From: Acidilobaceae archaeon
Lineage (GTDB): Archaea > Thermoproteota > Thermoprotei_A > Sulfolobales > Acidilobaceae
Direction: 5' to 3'
Length of the DNA: 64,000 nt
NCBI GenBank assembly: GCA_038897215.1
Contig: JAWAWX010000001.1
Coordinates: forward strand, 704,001-768,000
In this document: piece by piece, positions 19,784 through 28,619 of the stretch
Position numbering within the stretch: position 1 is the stretch's first letter
How the letters are laid out: each line of letters starts with the position of its first letter
The notes under the pieces: generated by a model
Told to the model about the DNA's origin: nothing
What the model saw: the letters and a program-made list of their open reading frames with translations, nothing else
Databases searched by the model: none
Position numbers and translations under genes: made by a program

Positions 19784-22327
19784 GTGCCTATTCTATTGAA
19801 TAGAAGAGATTTTATTAAACTAGCGGCTCTAGCAGGCTTAGCGGCATCAATTCCTCTAGCTCAAAGAGTAGCTGAGAAGAAGGCTGAGCAGACTCTACTC
19901 AGCCCCGCTTCTGGAGTCAAGTTCGTCAACACATTCTGCTACATGTGCGCTGCTCTCTGCGGAGTCCAGGTAGCCGTCAGGGACGGGAAGCCCATATACA
20001 TAACACCCATTGATGGCCACCCCCAGAGAGGCATGTGTGGTAGGTCTGCGTCCGGCATGTGGCTATGGAATCACCCGCTTAGAGTCAGGAAGCCTCTGAA
20101 GAGAGTTGGGGAGAAGGGCGAGGGCAGATTCCAGGAGATCTCTTGGGAGCAAGCTCTAGACGAGATAGCAGCCAAGCTCAAAGAGATAGCCGAGAAGTAC
20201 GGCCCACGAGCAATAGCCTTCACCTGGCACGAGCACGGGCTAGAGTACCAGCCTCTATTCCAGTACGCTCTAGGTACCTGTAGCTTCACCAACCACCTGG
20301 CGACTTGCAACAACAACGGGACTATAGCTAGAAGAGCCAACCTAGCTGCTGGAGGGCCTCCCACGGTCGAGCCCGACTTAGAGAACGCTAGCTATGTTCT
20401 CTTAGTTGGGAGAACCTACTCTACTGCTAACATGGGCCACGTTAACTGGCTCAGGTCTAGTGACAAGGTTAGGATTGTCTACGTCGGACCTAGGATGGCT
20501 GAGATTGCTTTTGGTGAGGTTGAGTGGGTTCCTATCAAGCCTGCTACTGATGTTGTCTTCGTGCTTAGCTTGATCAACGTTATCATAGAGGAGGGTCTTT
20601 ACGACGCTGAGTTCCTGAAGAGGTATACTAACGCTCCGTTCCTCATCAAGCCCGATGGGAGGCCTCTTGTTGCAGCCGACGTAGTGGAGGGCGGGAGCCC
20701 GACAGTGTACCTGGTCTACGACGCTAGAACAGGGAGGCTGGAGGACCACACGAGAGCAACGGATCCCCACTTAACGTATAAAGGTAAGGTGACGCTGAGA
20801 GACGGGACGGAGATAGAGGTAACAACAGCATTCAACCTGCTGAGAGAAAGAGCAGCCAAATACCCGCCAGAAGAAGCGGAGAAGATAACAGGAGCACCGG
20901 CAACAACCATAAGAAGAATAGCGAGAGAATTCGCGCTATACAGAGGAGTAGCAGACGACACCTGGTGGACTGTCTGGAACGGGCTAGTTGACACCTACGC
21001 TGTGATGGCTATACTGATACTCAATATGCTAGTTGGGAGCTACGAGAGGCCCGGAGGCCTCTGCTTCCCTCTCGGCAGGAGGATGCCGGCTATAGGCTCT
21101 GTTGTGACAGTGGGCGGGAAGACGTACTGGAGGCCAGTGTGGGCTGACACGATCCCGGAGGCTCACCCAGGCCTGCCCCAGGAGCTGTGGGGTAATGCTA
21201 CCGAGACGAGGATCGACTTGAGGAAGTACCCCGCTACCACCATGAACTTCGACGTGATACTAGACGCTATAATCAAAGACGACCCCTACCCTGTCAGAGC
21301 CCTCTTCACGTTCGCCACAGACCCGATCACCAGAGACATGGACACAGAGAAGGTCAAGGAGGCTCTGAAGAAGCTCGAACTCTTCGTCGCCTTCGACGTA
21401 GTCATAACGGACTCGGGCATGTACGCAGACTACATACTACCCGACACCATATACATGGAGAGAGACTTCGTCACTAGCAACAAGTGGTCGCTTCACGCTG
21501 CTATCCAGAAGCAGAACAAGGCCGTGAACCCGCCGCCCGGCTGCGAGGCTAGAGACATGCTCTGGGCCTTCATGGAGATAATAAGGAGAGCCTGGCCAGA
21601 GAAGGCTAGAGCCCTAGGCTGGAAGGATGAGTATAGAGACTACTCCAGGTACGAGAGCGAGTTCCTCCCCAAGATGGAGGAGGCTATACTGAGAAGGACT
21701 GCTGCAGCGTGGGCAGCAGACCTGAGGGTAAGCGCTGACGAGCTCTACGCCAGGATGGACAAGGAGCTGAAGGAGAAGGGCTACATAGTGCTCGCCAGGA
21801 AGACCTACAGCCCGGCAGGTCTAGCTGCTAGGCCTACCCCCAGCAGGAAGCTCGAGATCTACGCTCTGAGAAGCTTCGCAGACGGCATAGACCCGCTCCC
21901 AGACTACATCCCGCCAAACTACACTCCGCCCAGAGGCGGCAACGAGTTCTACTTGATCAGCGGCAAGAGCCCGCTGGTCAGCGTCCACGGGACTCTAATG
22001 AATCCAATGAGGTGGCTACTGGATAGAACAGTGTGGATGAACCCAAAGGATGCTGAGAGACTCGGAGTGAAGGATGGAGACGAGATAGAGCTAGAAGGGA
22101 TAGACTCCGGTAGAAAGGCTAGAGTAAAGGTCACAGTGACAGACAAGGTAGTAGAGGGGACTCTATTCACATACGCTCAGAGCCACGGCAGGGCAATAAA
22201 GCCGCCTAAGGGCATGGAGTGGATAAGAGAAGGCCTCAACCCCAACACGCTCATCAAAGCCATAGTGGTAGGCAGAGTAGGAGTCGGTGCGACCAACTGT
22301 AGCGTCAGAGTCAGGAAGGTGAGCTGA
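19784..22327 (+). CDS. Molybdopterin oxidoreductase catalytic subunit, polysulfide/thiosulfate reductase (PsrA/PhsA)-like
   Basis: Tat signal NRRDFIK, CYMCAALC...C FS0 cluster, RVRKPLKR, H..TC Mo-ligand region, YADYILP, C-terminal MNP.DA.RLG. Confidence 0.9.
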   Translation: MPILLNRRDFIKLAALAGLAASIPLAQRVAEKKAEQTLLSPASGVKFVNTFCYMCAALCGVQVAVRDGKPIYITPIDGHPQRGMCGRSASGMWLWNHPLRVRKPLKRVGEKGEGRFQEISWEQALDEIAAKLKEIAEKYGPRAIAFTWHEHGLEYQPLFQYALGTCSFTNHLATCNNNGTIARRANLAAGGPPTVEPDLENASYVLLVGRTYSTANMGHVNWLRSSDKVRIVYVGPRMAEIAFGEVEWVPIKPATDVVFVLSLINVIIEEGLYDAEFLKRYTNAPFLIKPDGRPLVAADVVEGGSPTVYLVYDARTGRLEDHTRATDPHLTYKGKVTLRDGTEIEVTTAFNLLRERAAKYPPEEAEKITGAPATTIRRIAREFALYRGVADDTWWTVWNGLVDTYAVMAILILNMLVGSYERPGGLCFPLGRRMPAIGSVVTVGGKTYWRPVWADTIPEAHPGLPQELWGNATETRIDLRKYPATTMNFDVILDAIIKDDPYPVRALFTFATDPITRDMDTEKVKEALKKLELFVAFDVVITDSGMYADYILPDTIYMERDFVTSNKWSLHAAIQKQNKAVNPPPGCEARDMLWAFMEIIRRAWPEKARALGWKDEYRDYSRYESEFLPKMEEAILRRTAAAWAADLRVSADELYARMDKELKEKGYIVLARKTYSPAGLAARPTPSRKLEIYALRSFADGIDPLPDYIPPNYTPPRGGNEFYLISGKSPLVSVHGTLMNPMRWLLDRTVWMNPKDAERLGVKDGDEIELEGIDSGRKARVKVTVTDKVVEGTLFTYAQSHGRAIKPPKGMEWIREGLNPNTLIKAIVVGRVGVGATNCSVRVRKVS

Positions 22328-22342
22328 AAGAGGTGAGCCCCT

Positions 22343-22912
22343 ATGGCCAGGCTCGCGTACCTATGGGATGAGAGGCTCTGCATAGCCTGCATGGCCTGCG
22401 TAGTAGCGTGCGCTAACAACTACGACGAGCTGAGATACGAAGAGAACCCCAACCCGTACTGGGACTGGTTCGCCACAAACATAAGAGTCCAGGAGAGGAA
22501 GCGTGGCAAGAAAGCCATAAGGCTGATGTCGTGCCAGCACTGCGAGAAAGCGCCCTGCGTGACAGCATGTCCCACGGGCGCTAGCTACATAGACAAGGAG
22601 ACCAAGCTGGTTAAGATAGACTACAAGAAGTGCATCAGATGCTTGGCATGCGTAGTCTCCTGCCCCTATGGAGCAAGATGGGTTGGCAGAGACAGGCTGC
22701 CCTACAAGTGCATGGGGCCAGTCTGCGAGGAGAGGCTGAACATGGGACTAAGGCCTCTCTGTGTCAGCGTCTGCCCAGCCAGCGCTAGAGACTTCGGCGA
22801 CATAGACGACCCAGAGAGCAGCATATCCAGGAAGCTGAGAGCCCTGAAGACCGACAGGATGCTCGAAGAGTTCGGCACGGAGCCGAAGTACTACGTGGTG
22901 AGGAACGCTTAG
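22343..22912 (+). CDS. 4Fe-4S electron transfer subunit (PsrB/NrfC-like)
   Basis: CIACMACVVAC, CQHCEKAPCVTACP, CIRCLACVVSCPY, PLCVSVCP. Confidence 0.95.
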   Translation: MARLAYLWDERLCIACMACVVACANNYDELRYEENPNPYWDWFATNIRVQERKRGKKAIRLMSCQHCEKAPCVTACPTGASYIDKETKLVKIDYKKCIRCLACVVSCPYGARWVGRDRLPYKCMGPVCEERLNMGLRPLCVSVCPASARDFGDIDDPESSISRKLRALKTDRMLEEFGTEPKYYVVRNA

Positions 22913-22926
22913 GGGGTGCGTGAGCA

Positions 22927-24021
22927 GTGAAGAGCACACAGCTACTAGTCATAGGCATCGTAGTTGCCGTCGTCGGAGCAGCCATAGCTCTATACGGGAT
23001 GACGCTATGGGATGTCCACAGAGTAGCATGGGGTCTCCTCGTAGCGCTCTACGAGTACTTCGGAGTGGTGGCAGCAGGCTCTGCTATAATCGCCTCACTC
23101 ATAGTCCTCGCCAGGCTAGCAGGGTACCTGGATGAGAGCGCTGAGAGAGTAGCCAGGCTCGGGCTAGTACTGGCTCTAGCCGGGCTGATCGCAGCGGGCT
23201 TCACTGTAGGGCTTAAGAGCGGGTTCCCCAGCACGCTGACGGTAGCGTACTTCAGCATCAAGCTCGATAGCGCTATAGGCAGAATGCTGCTCCTGCTCCC
23301 AGCATTCATAGTCGTGACCCTAGTCGCTATATTAGTCTCGACGACGCGGAACCTCAGAGAGGTCAAGGCGCTCGTAGCCTCTCTCGTGATCATAATCGCT
23401 GTCCTCGCGTACGCCAACGCGGGCTCTGTCTTCCAGAGCATGGCCTCTGTCCCGCTGTGGCACGTTACCCCGATGACGGCTTTATTCATAGCCGGGGCAG
23501 TAGCGTGGGGCGCCTCAGCTCAGAGCCTCTACGTCCTGGCTTCGGAGAGAAGGCTTGCTCTCACTCTAGCTAGAGCATTCGGTCTAGCCATAGCGCTAGG
23601 AGTCCTAGCCTACGCTACCATACTATACTTCACCAAAGCCGGGTACACGTGGATAGCTGCCGAGGCGTGGTCTAGGATAGTGGAGAGTGCTCTCTTCACT
23701 CTATCGTTCTACATACTAGGGCTCATAATCCCGCTAGTGCTAGGCATTTACGTCTTCGTATCGGGAGACACCAGAGCTCTCCCGATAGCGGCAATCTCAG
23801 CGATAGTCGGAGGATTCATAGTCCACTCCATGCTAATCATCGTGCCTCAGACACTCGCGCTAACAGGATTCAGGGAAGTAGTCGAGATCCCATACCACAT
23901 AGCCGCGGATGAAGCTCTAGGAGCAGTTGGAGCTACAATACTCCTCCTAGGGCTCCTGATTGCTGGAGTAGGAGCACTCAACATACTAGAAGCTAGGCAG
24001 GTCAAGCAGGCTAGTGCTTAG
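22927..24021 (+). CDS. NrfD/PsrC family membrane anchor
   Basis: About 10 TM segments, 'WGLLVALYEYF', 'VPLWH'; third gene of the operon. Confidence 0.88.
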   Translation: MKSTQLLVIGIVVAVVGAAIALYGMTLWDVHRVAWGLLVALYEYFGVVAAGSAIIASLIVLARLAGYLDESAERVARLGLVLALAGLIAAGFTVGLKSGFPSTLTVAYFSIKLDSAIGRMLLLLPAFIVVTLVAILVSTTRNLREVKALVASLVIIIAVLAYANAGSVFQSMASVPLWHVTPMTALFIAGAVAWGASAQSLYVLASERRLALTLARAFGLAIALGVLAYATILYFTKAGYTWIAAEAWSRIVESALFTLSFYILGLIIPLVLGIYVFVSGDTRALPIAAISAIVGGFIVHSMLIIVPQTLALTGFREVVEIPYHIAADEALGAVGATILLLGLLIAGVGALNILEARQVKQASA

Positions 24022-24029
24022 CTCACGCT

Positions 24030-24075
24030 CCACAACTTTCCCTAATTCTCTTCTCTTCTCTTCCTAGCTTCTATC
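24030..24075 (+). terminator. Pyrimidine-rich archaeal terminator of the molybdoenzyme operon
   Basis: ctttccctaattctcttctcttctcttcc directly after the stop. Confidence 0.5.
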
Positions 24076-24207
24076 CTAGCCTCTATTTGAGAGTTCCTAG
24101 AGTGACCTGAGACTCCCGCTCTTTCCTTAGCGAGATATAGCTTCGAGTGTTAGAGTGGTCGCTAAAGCGATATAGGCTCCGGACTACCGCCTCTCTTCGG
24201 GCTCTAT

Positions 24208-25608
24208 TTGGGGATCAGGACTCCTAGGCTTATGTGCACGCAACACCCTGACTCCACTGTCAGGCTCACGGCTCAAGACGAGGTAGCGGAGGCTATTCAA
24301 GCTAGGATACACTATGGTTGCGATGAGGTGATGGTTGATTACGAAGGCAAGCTTACGCCATACTCTCAGCCTAAAGAGATAGTCTTGAAAGCTCTCTCTC
24401 ACGGTATAGACTTGGGGGACGGCTTCTATCTCACAGTCAGAATACCCAACCCTCTCCTAGAGGAACTCGATAGAGTCATGTTGTCGATCGATGCTGCTCT
24501 CATGGCTAACTACTACTCTCTAATGGAGAGGGAGGTTCAGGCAGTAAGATGGATAGTCCTCCCCATGACTGAGTCTGGAGAATTAGTTGCTCTTGTTCAG
24601 AGGATACTAGCTAAGAAGACCCGTCTGCTCAACGAAGAGTTGAACACTAGAATAGAGCCCATAGTGCTCGTGCCTCTACTGGAGAGCTTTGAGTCTCTCA
24701 CTAGAGCGAGCTTAGTGACAGAGGCTCTCAAGGTGGCTCTCCAATCGGAGAGCGGAGAGCTGAGACTAGTCAGGCTCTTCCTGGGCAAAAGCGATACAGC
24801 TGTGAAGAGCGGGCACATAGCTTCCTCTCTGGCTCTCCTATATGCGCTAAGCCAGCTCCACGACCTCTCTCTAGCTCTATCTCTCCCAATCAAGCCAATC
24901 ATCGGCATGGGGTCTCCTCCCTTTAGAGGCGGTATAAACAATCCCGAGCTCGTCGACGTAGAGGTAGAGCAGTACTCCGGATACTCTACGGTGACTATAC
25001 AGTCTGCTATTCGCTACGATGTAGGTATGAGTGATTACAGTAAGGTGCGCATGACTCTCCTCGAGAGAGTAGACGAGACCCCGAGGAGAGTCGATGAGAG
25101 CGCGCTCAGCATAGCTGAGAAAGCGCGCTCAGCCTACAAGAGCCTAGTAGCTAAGTACGCCGACATGGTAGCTGAGACAGCTAAACACGTGCCAACTACG
25201 AGAGATAGAGTAGCTTGGAGAGTGTATGGTAGACTGGTAGAGAGCGAGACCGGAGTCTTCCATATGCCTAGAGCCATAGTCTACACCTCCACTTGGTATC
25301 TTCTAGGCGTCCCGCCCACTCTCCTCGACGCGAGCTTCATTGTACAAGCGTATAGAGAAGACTTGCTCGACGAAGTCTTCAGAATACTGCCAGGCTTGGA
25401 GAGAGAGTGGAGTCTAGACTCTCTATTCTACGTGCCGAGCGTAGCCGAGAAGAGGCTCGACTCCAAGATAGTCGAGTTAGTCAACACAGCACTAGACATA
25501 CTAGGCATCAAGCGCGAGCACGATGAGGCATATGCTAGAATACTTTCTCTAGGCCCCTCCGAGGCGGTAGCACTCGCTCTAGGTAGGATGAGAGGATACC
25601 TCGGATAA
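24208..25608 (+). CDS. ppcA: Archaeal-type phosphoenolpyruvate carboxylase
   Basis: MCTQHPD, DYEGK, LFLGKSD, GMGSPPFRG, TIQSA, PRAI. Confidence 0.93.
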   Translation: MGIRTPRLMCTQHPDSTVRLTAQDEVAEAIQARIHYGCDEVMVDYEGKLTPYSQPKEIVLKALSHGIDLGDGFYLTVRIPNPLLEELDRVMLSIDAALMANYYSLMEREVQAVRWIVLPMTESGELVALVQRILAKKTRLLNEELNTRIEPIVLVPLLESFESLTRASLVTEALKVALQSESGELRLVRLFLGKSDTAVKSGHIASSLALLYALSQLHDLSLALSLPIKPIIGMGSPPFRGGINNPELVDVEVEQYSGYSTVTIQSAIRYDVGMSDYSKVRMTLLERVDETPRRVDESALSIAEKARSAYKSLVAKYADMVAETAKHVPTTRDRVAWRVYGRLVESETGVFHMPRAIVYTSTWYLLGVPPTLLDASFIVQAYREDLLDEVFRILPGLEREWSLDSLFYVPSVAEKRLDSKIVELVNTALDILGIKREHDEAYARILSLGPSEAVALALGRMRGYLG

Positions 25609-25740
25609 CCTCCACGCAATTCTAGAGAGCTAAAGGCTACAGTATTGCTAGAGCCAGCTAGACGGTCTTAGAGAACATCGGTGAGAAACTCAACACTCGC
25701 TTTTAAGCATGAGTCGTAACAACTCTCCTGGGAGTGTGTC

Positions 25741-26921
25741 GTGAGAGAGCTGGTGATTGTAAGGTATGGAGAGATAGGCGTTAAGGGCCCTGCTACGAGG
25801 AGGCTTATGGAGAGACTCCTAGTCTCAGCTCTAAAGGAGGCTCTAGAGAGACACGGAGTCCGGGGGGTCGTAGAGAGGTCTGAAGCTCGAGTATACATAT
25901 GGGATCCGAGCGATGTTCAGAGAGCTCTCTACGCTTCATCGCGAGTATTCGGGGTCAAGTCCGTGTCTCCAGCTCACCACATCACATTCAGCGACCTCAA
26001 CGACCTCGTTAGCAAAGCCAGAGACCACTTCGCTGAAAGAGTTAAAGGCAAGAAGTTCAAAGTAGAAGCTAGAAGAGTTGGCTCGCACGACTTTACAAGT
26101 ATGGATGTAGAGAGAGCTCTAGGAGCAACTCTCCTCGAAGCGGGAGCATCAAGAGTAGACCTCAAGAGCCCAGAGTACGTGGCATACGTGGAGATACGTG
26201 GTAGAAACGCTTTTTTTACGATAGAATCGTAGAGGGCCCAGGAGGTCTACCTCTAGGTAGCGAGGGGAGAGTTCTAGTACTCTTCAGTGGAGGCTTTGAC
26301 TCTACCGTGGCAGCCTGGAAGCTGATGAAGAGAGGCTGTAGAGTAGACTTGCTACATTTCCATCTAGGTTACAACGAGCCTCTCAGAGTAGCAGTAGAGG
26401 CAGCCAAGTATCTCGCGGATAACTGGAGCTTCGGTCATGACATGAGACTTCTAGTCGTAAACTTCAGGTCTCAAGTTATGGCTCTAGAGGGGCTGGTAAG
26501 CCCCCCATATAGGACTCTAGTGCTTAGAAGACTCATGCTAGAATACGCTGAGAAACTAGCCGAGAAGCTGGGAGTAGAGGCTCTCGCTCTAGGAGACTCT
26601 ATAGGTCAGGTCTCTAGCCAGACTATAAGAAACATTTATCTAGTAGAGCGAGGTCTAGGAGTCCCGGTTCTACGCCCCCTATCGGGTTCTGATAAAGACG
26701 AGATAGTCAAAGATGCAATCAAGATAGGGGTCTATGATATAGTGAAGAGGCAGATAGAAGTGTGTGCTGTAGCTTCTCACGCAACCCCTAGAGGAGACCC
26801 CCGAGTCTTCGAGAAAGAATATGGGAAAGTCAGAGGGCTAAGTGCTCCAGAACCCGTAGTGATCGATTTGAAGAAGAGAAGTATCGAAGAGATCCTGGAG
26901 GTTCTAGGTGTTAGAGGTTGA
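25741..26921 (+). pseudogene. thiI: tRNA 4-thiouridine synthase ThiI, split by a -1 frameshift at the T7 run (26211-26217)
   Basis: VRYGEI.K and THUMP domain in frame 0. Adding one T gives ...[38 protein letters not shown], then GDSIGQVSSQT and RPL...K. Confidence 0.9.
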
Positions 26922-27373
26922 GATTGAGAGACGAGAATTCTATCGCGTTAAAGTGGGTAGAGGGCTACGCGTTAGTATCGATGAAGAGAGGAAGCATAAC
27001 GCTTGATTTTGAGAACGCGTCGATCTCGTTAACTGAGAGAGAGATCGAGGTATCCGAGATTAGGGTAAACGTGAGACAGTACGATAGAAGAGACTCGACT
27101 CTCATATATCTCGACTTTGAGGAGCAACTAGTAGGTAGGAGGCTCGAGCAGGTAGCGAAATCGAGTGACCGCGTAGACTTCACTCTAGACTCATGCATAA
27201 TCTCTTACACGAGAATAGGAGAGCTCGGCTACTATATCACGATACAAGCTTCTACAGGCTTTCTCTACGACTTCGTTATAGTGACACCCTACATGGTAGC
27301 CATAAAGACTCGCTATAGGAGAAGAGCGTACATCATGTCTTCAGATTCTAGCACCAAGATCTTCCTAGTGTAG
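26918..27373 (+). CDS. Hypothetical protein (beta-rich)
   Basis: 151-aa ORF overlapping the thiI stop. Confidence 0.7.
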   Translation: MRLRDENSIALKWVEGYALVSMKRGSITLDFENASISLTEREIEVSEIRVNVRQYDRRDSTLIYLDFEEQLVGRRLEQVAKSSDRVDFTLDSCIISYTRIGELGYYITIQASTGFLYDFVIVTPYMVAIKTRYRRRAYIMSSDSSTKIFLV

Positions 27374-27491
27374 TACTCTAAGAGCTCAAGCTACTCGATC
27401 GCGAGAGAGAAGACACCAGAGAACCTGATTTAAGTTCACTCTAGAGAATATCAACGCAGATTCTTGCTCTAAGTGGTGGGGGTGGAAGCTA

Positions 27492-28400
27492 GTGGATATA
27501 CTCGTAACAGGATCGATCGTGTTCACGGGAAAAGAAGTCATTAAAAAAGGCTACGTCTACATACGCAGTGGTAGAGTTGTTGGAGTAGGCGAGGAACCCT
27601 ATCCTGAGGAGTACTCATACGCAAATCTCATCCTCGGAGGACCGGGGAGGGTGGTCGTCCCAGGGCTGACAGCAGTAGCTAGTCTCCCATATTATCCGCT
27701 TAGGCTGAAAAGCTCGAGCTTAAAGGAGAGGGTAGAGTTCTACAAGAGCCTAGACCTCTCTACACAATTCCTGCTCTCTCTGCCTGCTCTCTACGACCTC
27801 CATATGAGTGGAGTGTCTACAGTCATAGTCGAGTCTATAGATGCAGAGCTCCCCCTAAGGCTCAGTAGAGAGATCGGGGGGTTCTACGGTCTCGCTCTTC
27901 CTGTTTGTGTCGAGAACAGAGTAAAGCATGTAGAGGGCTTAGTCGCAGTAGTCAGAGTAGCTGGCGAGGGCTGTGAAGGCGAGGCCGAGATCGTAGAAGT
28001 CGGCGGGCTAGGCTATAGTAGAGGCTCTAGAGTCCTAGGGTTCTTCTCAGGCTACTACTACACCACCTCTTCAGGCAGTAGCGAGAACCCCTGGCTGGAG
28101 TCGCTAGAGCTAAGGAGAGCACTAATGCTACCCGATTCAGCGATCAAGCCCGGGAGACTGGCTGAGATCGCTGTCTTCGATGGGTCTAAGCCGCCACTCC
28201 TTCTAGCTGAAAACTACCTCAACGAAGACACGATAGTAGATATCTACAAGCTGGGTCTTAGAGTAGAGTCTCTCATCGTGGGGGACGACGTTCTTGTAGA
28301 TGTTGGAGACCATCTATACATAGCCGAGAAGCACTTCAAGGAGGCGAGAGACTTAAGCGATAGGATGAGAGCAAAGACCCTCTCCTCCAAGAGCCGCTAG
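27492..28400 (+). CDS. Truncated amidohydrolase-superfamily-like protein lacking the HxH metal motif
   Basis: N- and C-terminal beta-sandwich motifs (GYVYIRSGRVVGVG, VVVPGL, IKPGRLAEIAVF). No HxH after PGL, and the barrel is short. Confidence 0.7.
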   Translation: MDILVTGSIVFTGKEVIKKGYVYIRSGRVVGVGEEPYPEEYSYANLILGGPGRVVVPGLTAVASLPYYPLRLKSSSLKERVEFYKSLDLSTQFLLSLPALYDLHMSGVSTVIVESIDAELPLRLSREIGGFYGLALPVCVENRVKHVEGLVAVVRVAGEGCEGEAEIVEVGGLGYSRGSRVLGFFSGYYYTTSSGSSENPWLESLELRRALMLPDSAIKPGRLAEIAVFDGSKPPLLLAENYLNEDTIVDIYKLGLRVESLIVGDDVLVDVGDHLYIAEKHFKEARDLSDRMRAKTLSSKSR

Positions 28401-28431
28401 CAATCAAAGACTCTACATAGCAGACGCTCCA

Positions 28432-28565
28432 GTGGGGGTCGCTGAGAGGACTCTTCGGAGTCATTTTAGCCTAGTCCTAGACTCCAAGCTTTGAGTAAGC
28501 TAGAGTAGCGAATACATCTAAGAGTACTTCTGCGAGAAGCACTAGGGAAGCGGGCAACCCCCACA
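28432..28565 (+). ncRNA. Candidate structured ncRNA (H/ACA-like end)
   Basis: GTGGGGGT/ACCCCCAC closing stem ending in ACA; GACTC-TTCG-GAGTC hairpin; CCTAGT/ACTAGG stem. Confidence 0.4.
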
Positions 28566-28619
28566 TCTATCCTCTACCTAGATTAAGCCTCGAGCTGGCT
28601 CGAGCTAGCGGGGGGCGGA

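Noticed and set aside
28441-28470. CTGAGAG plus stem resembling a hammerhead ribozyme or TPP riboswitch (CUGAGA ... UAGGGAA)
   Set aside because: No GAAA after stem II and the CUGANGA spacing is wrong. The TPP ACCUGAU/UAAU core is also absent.
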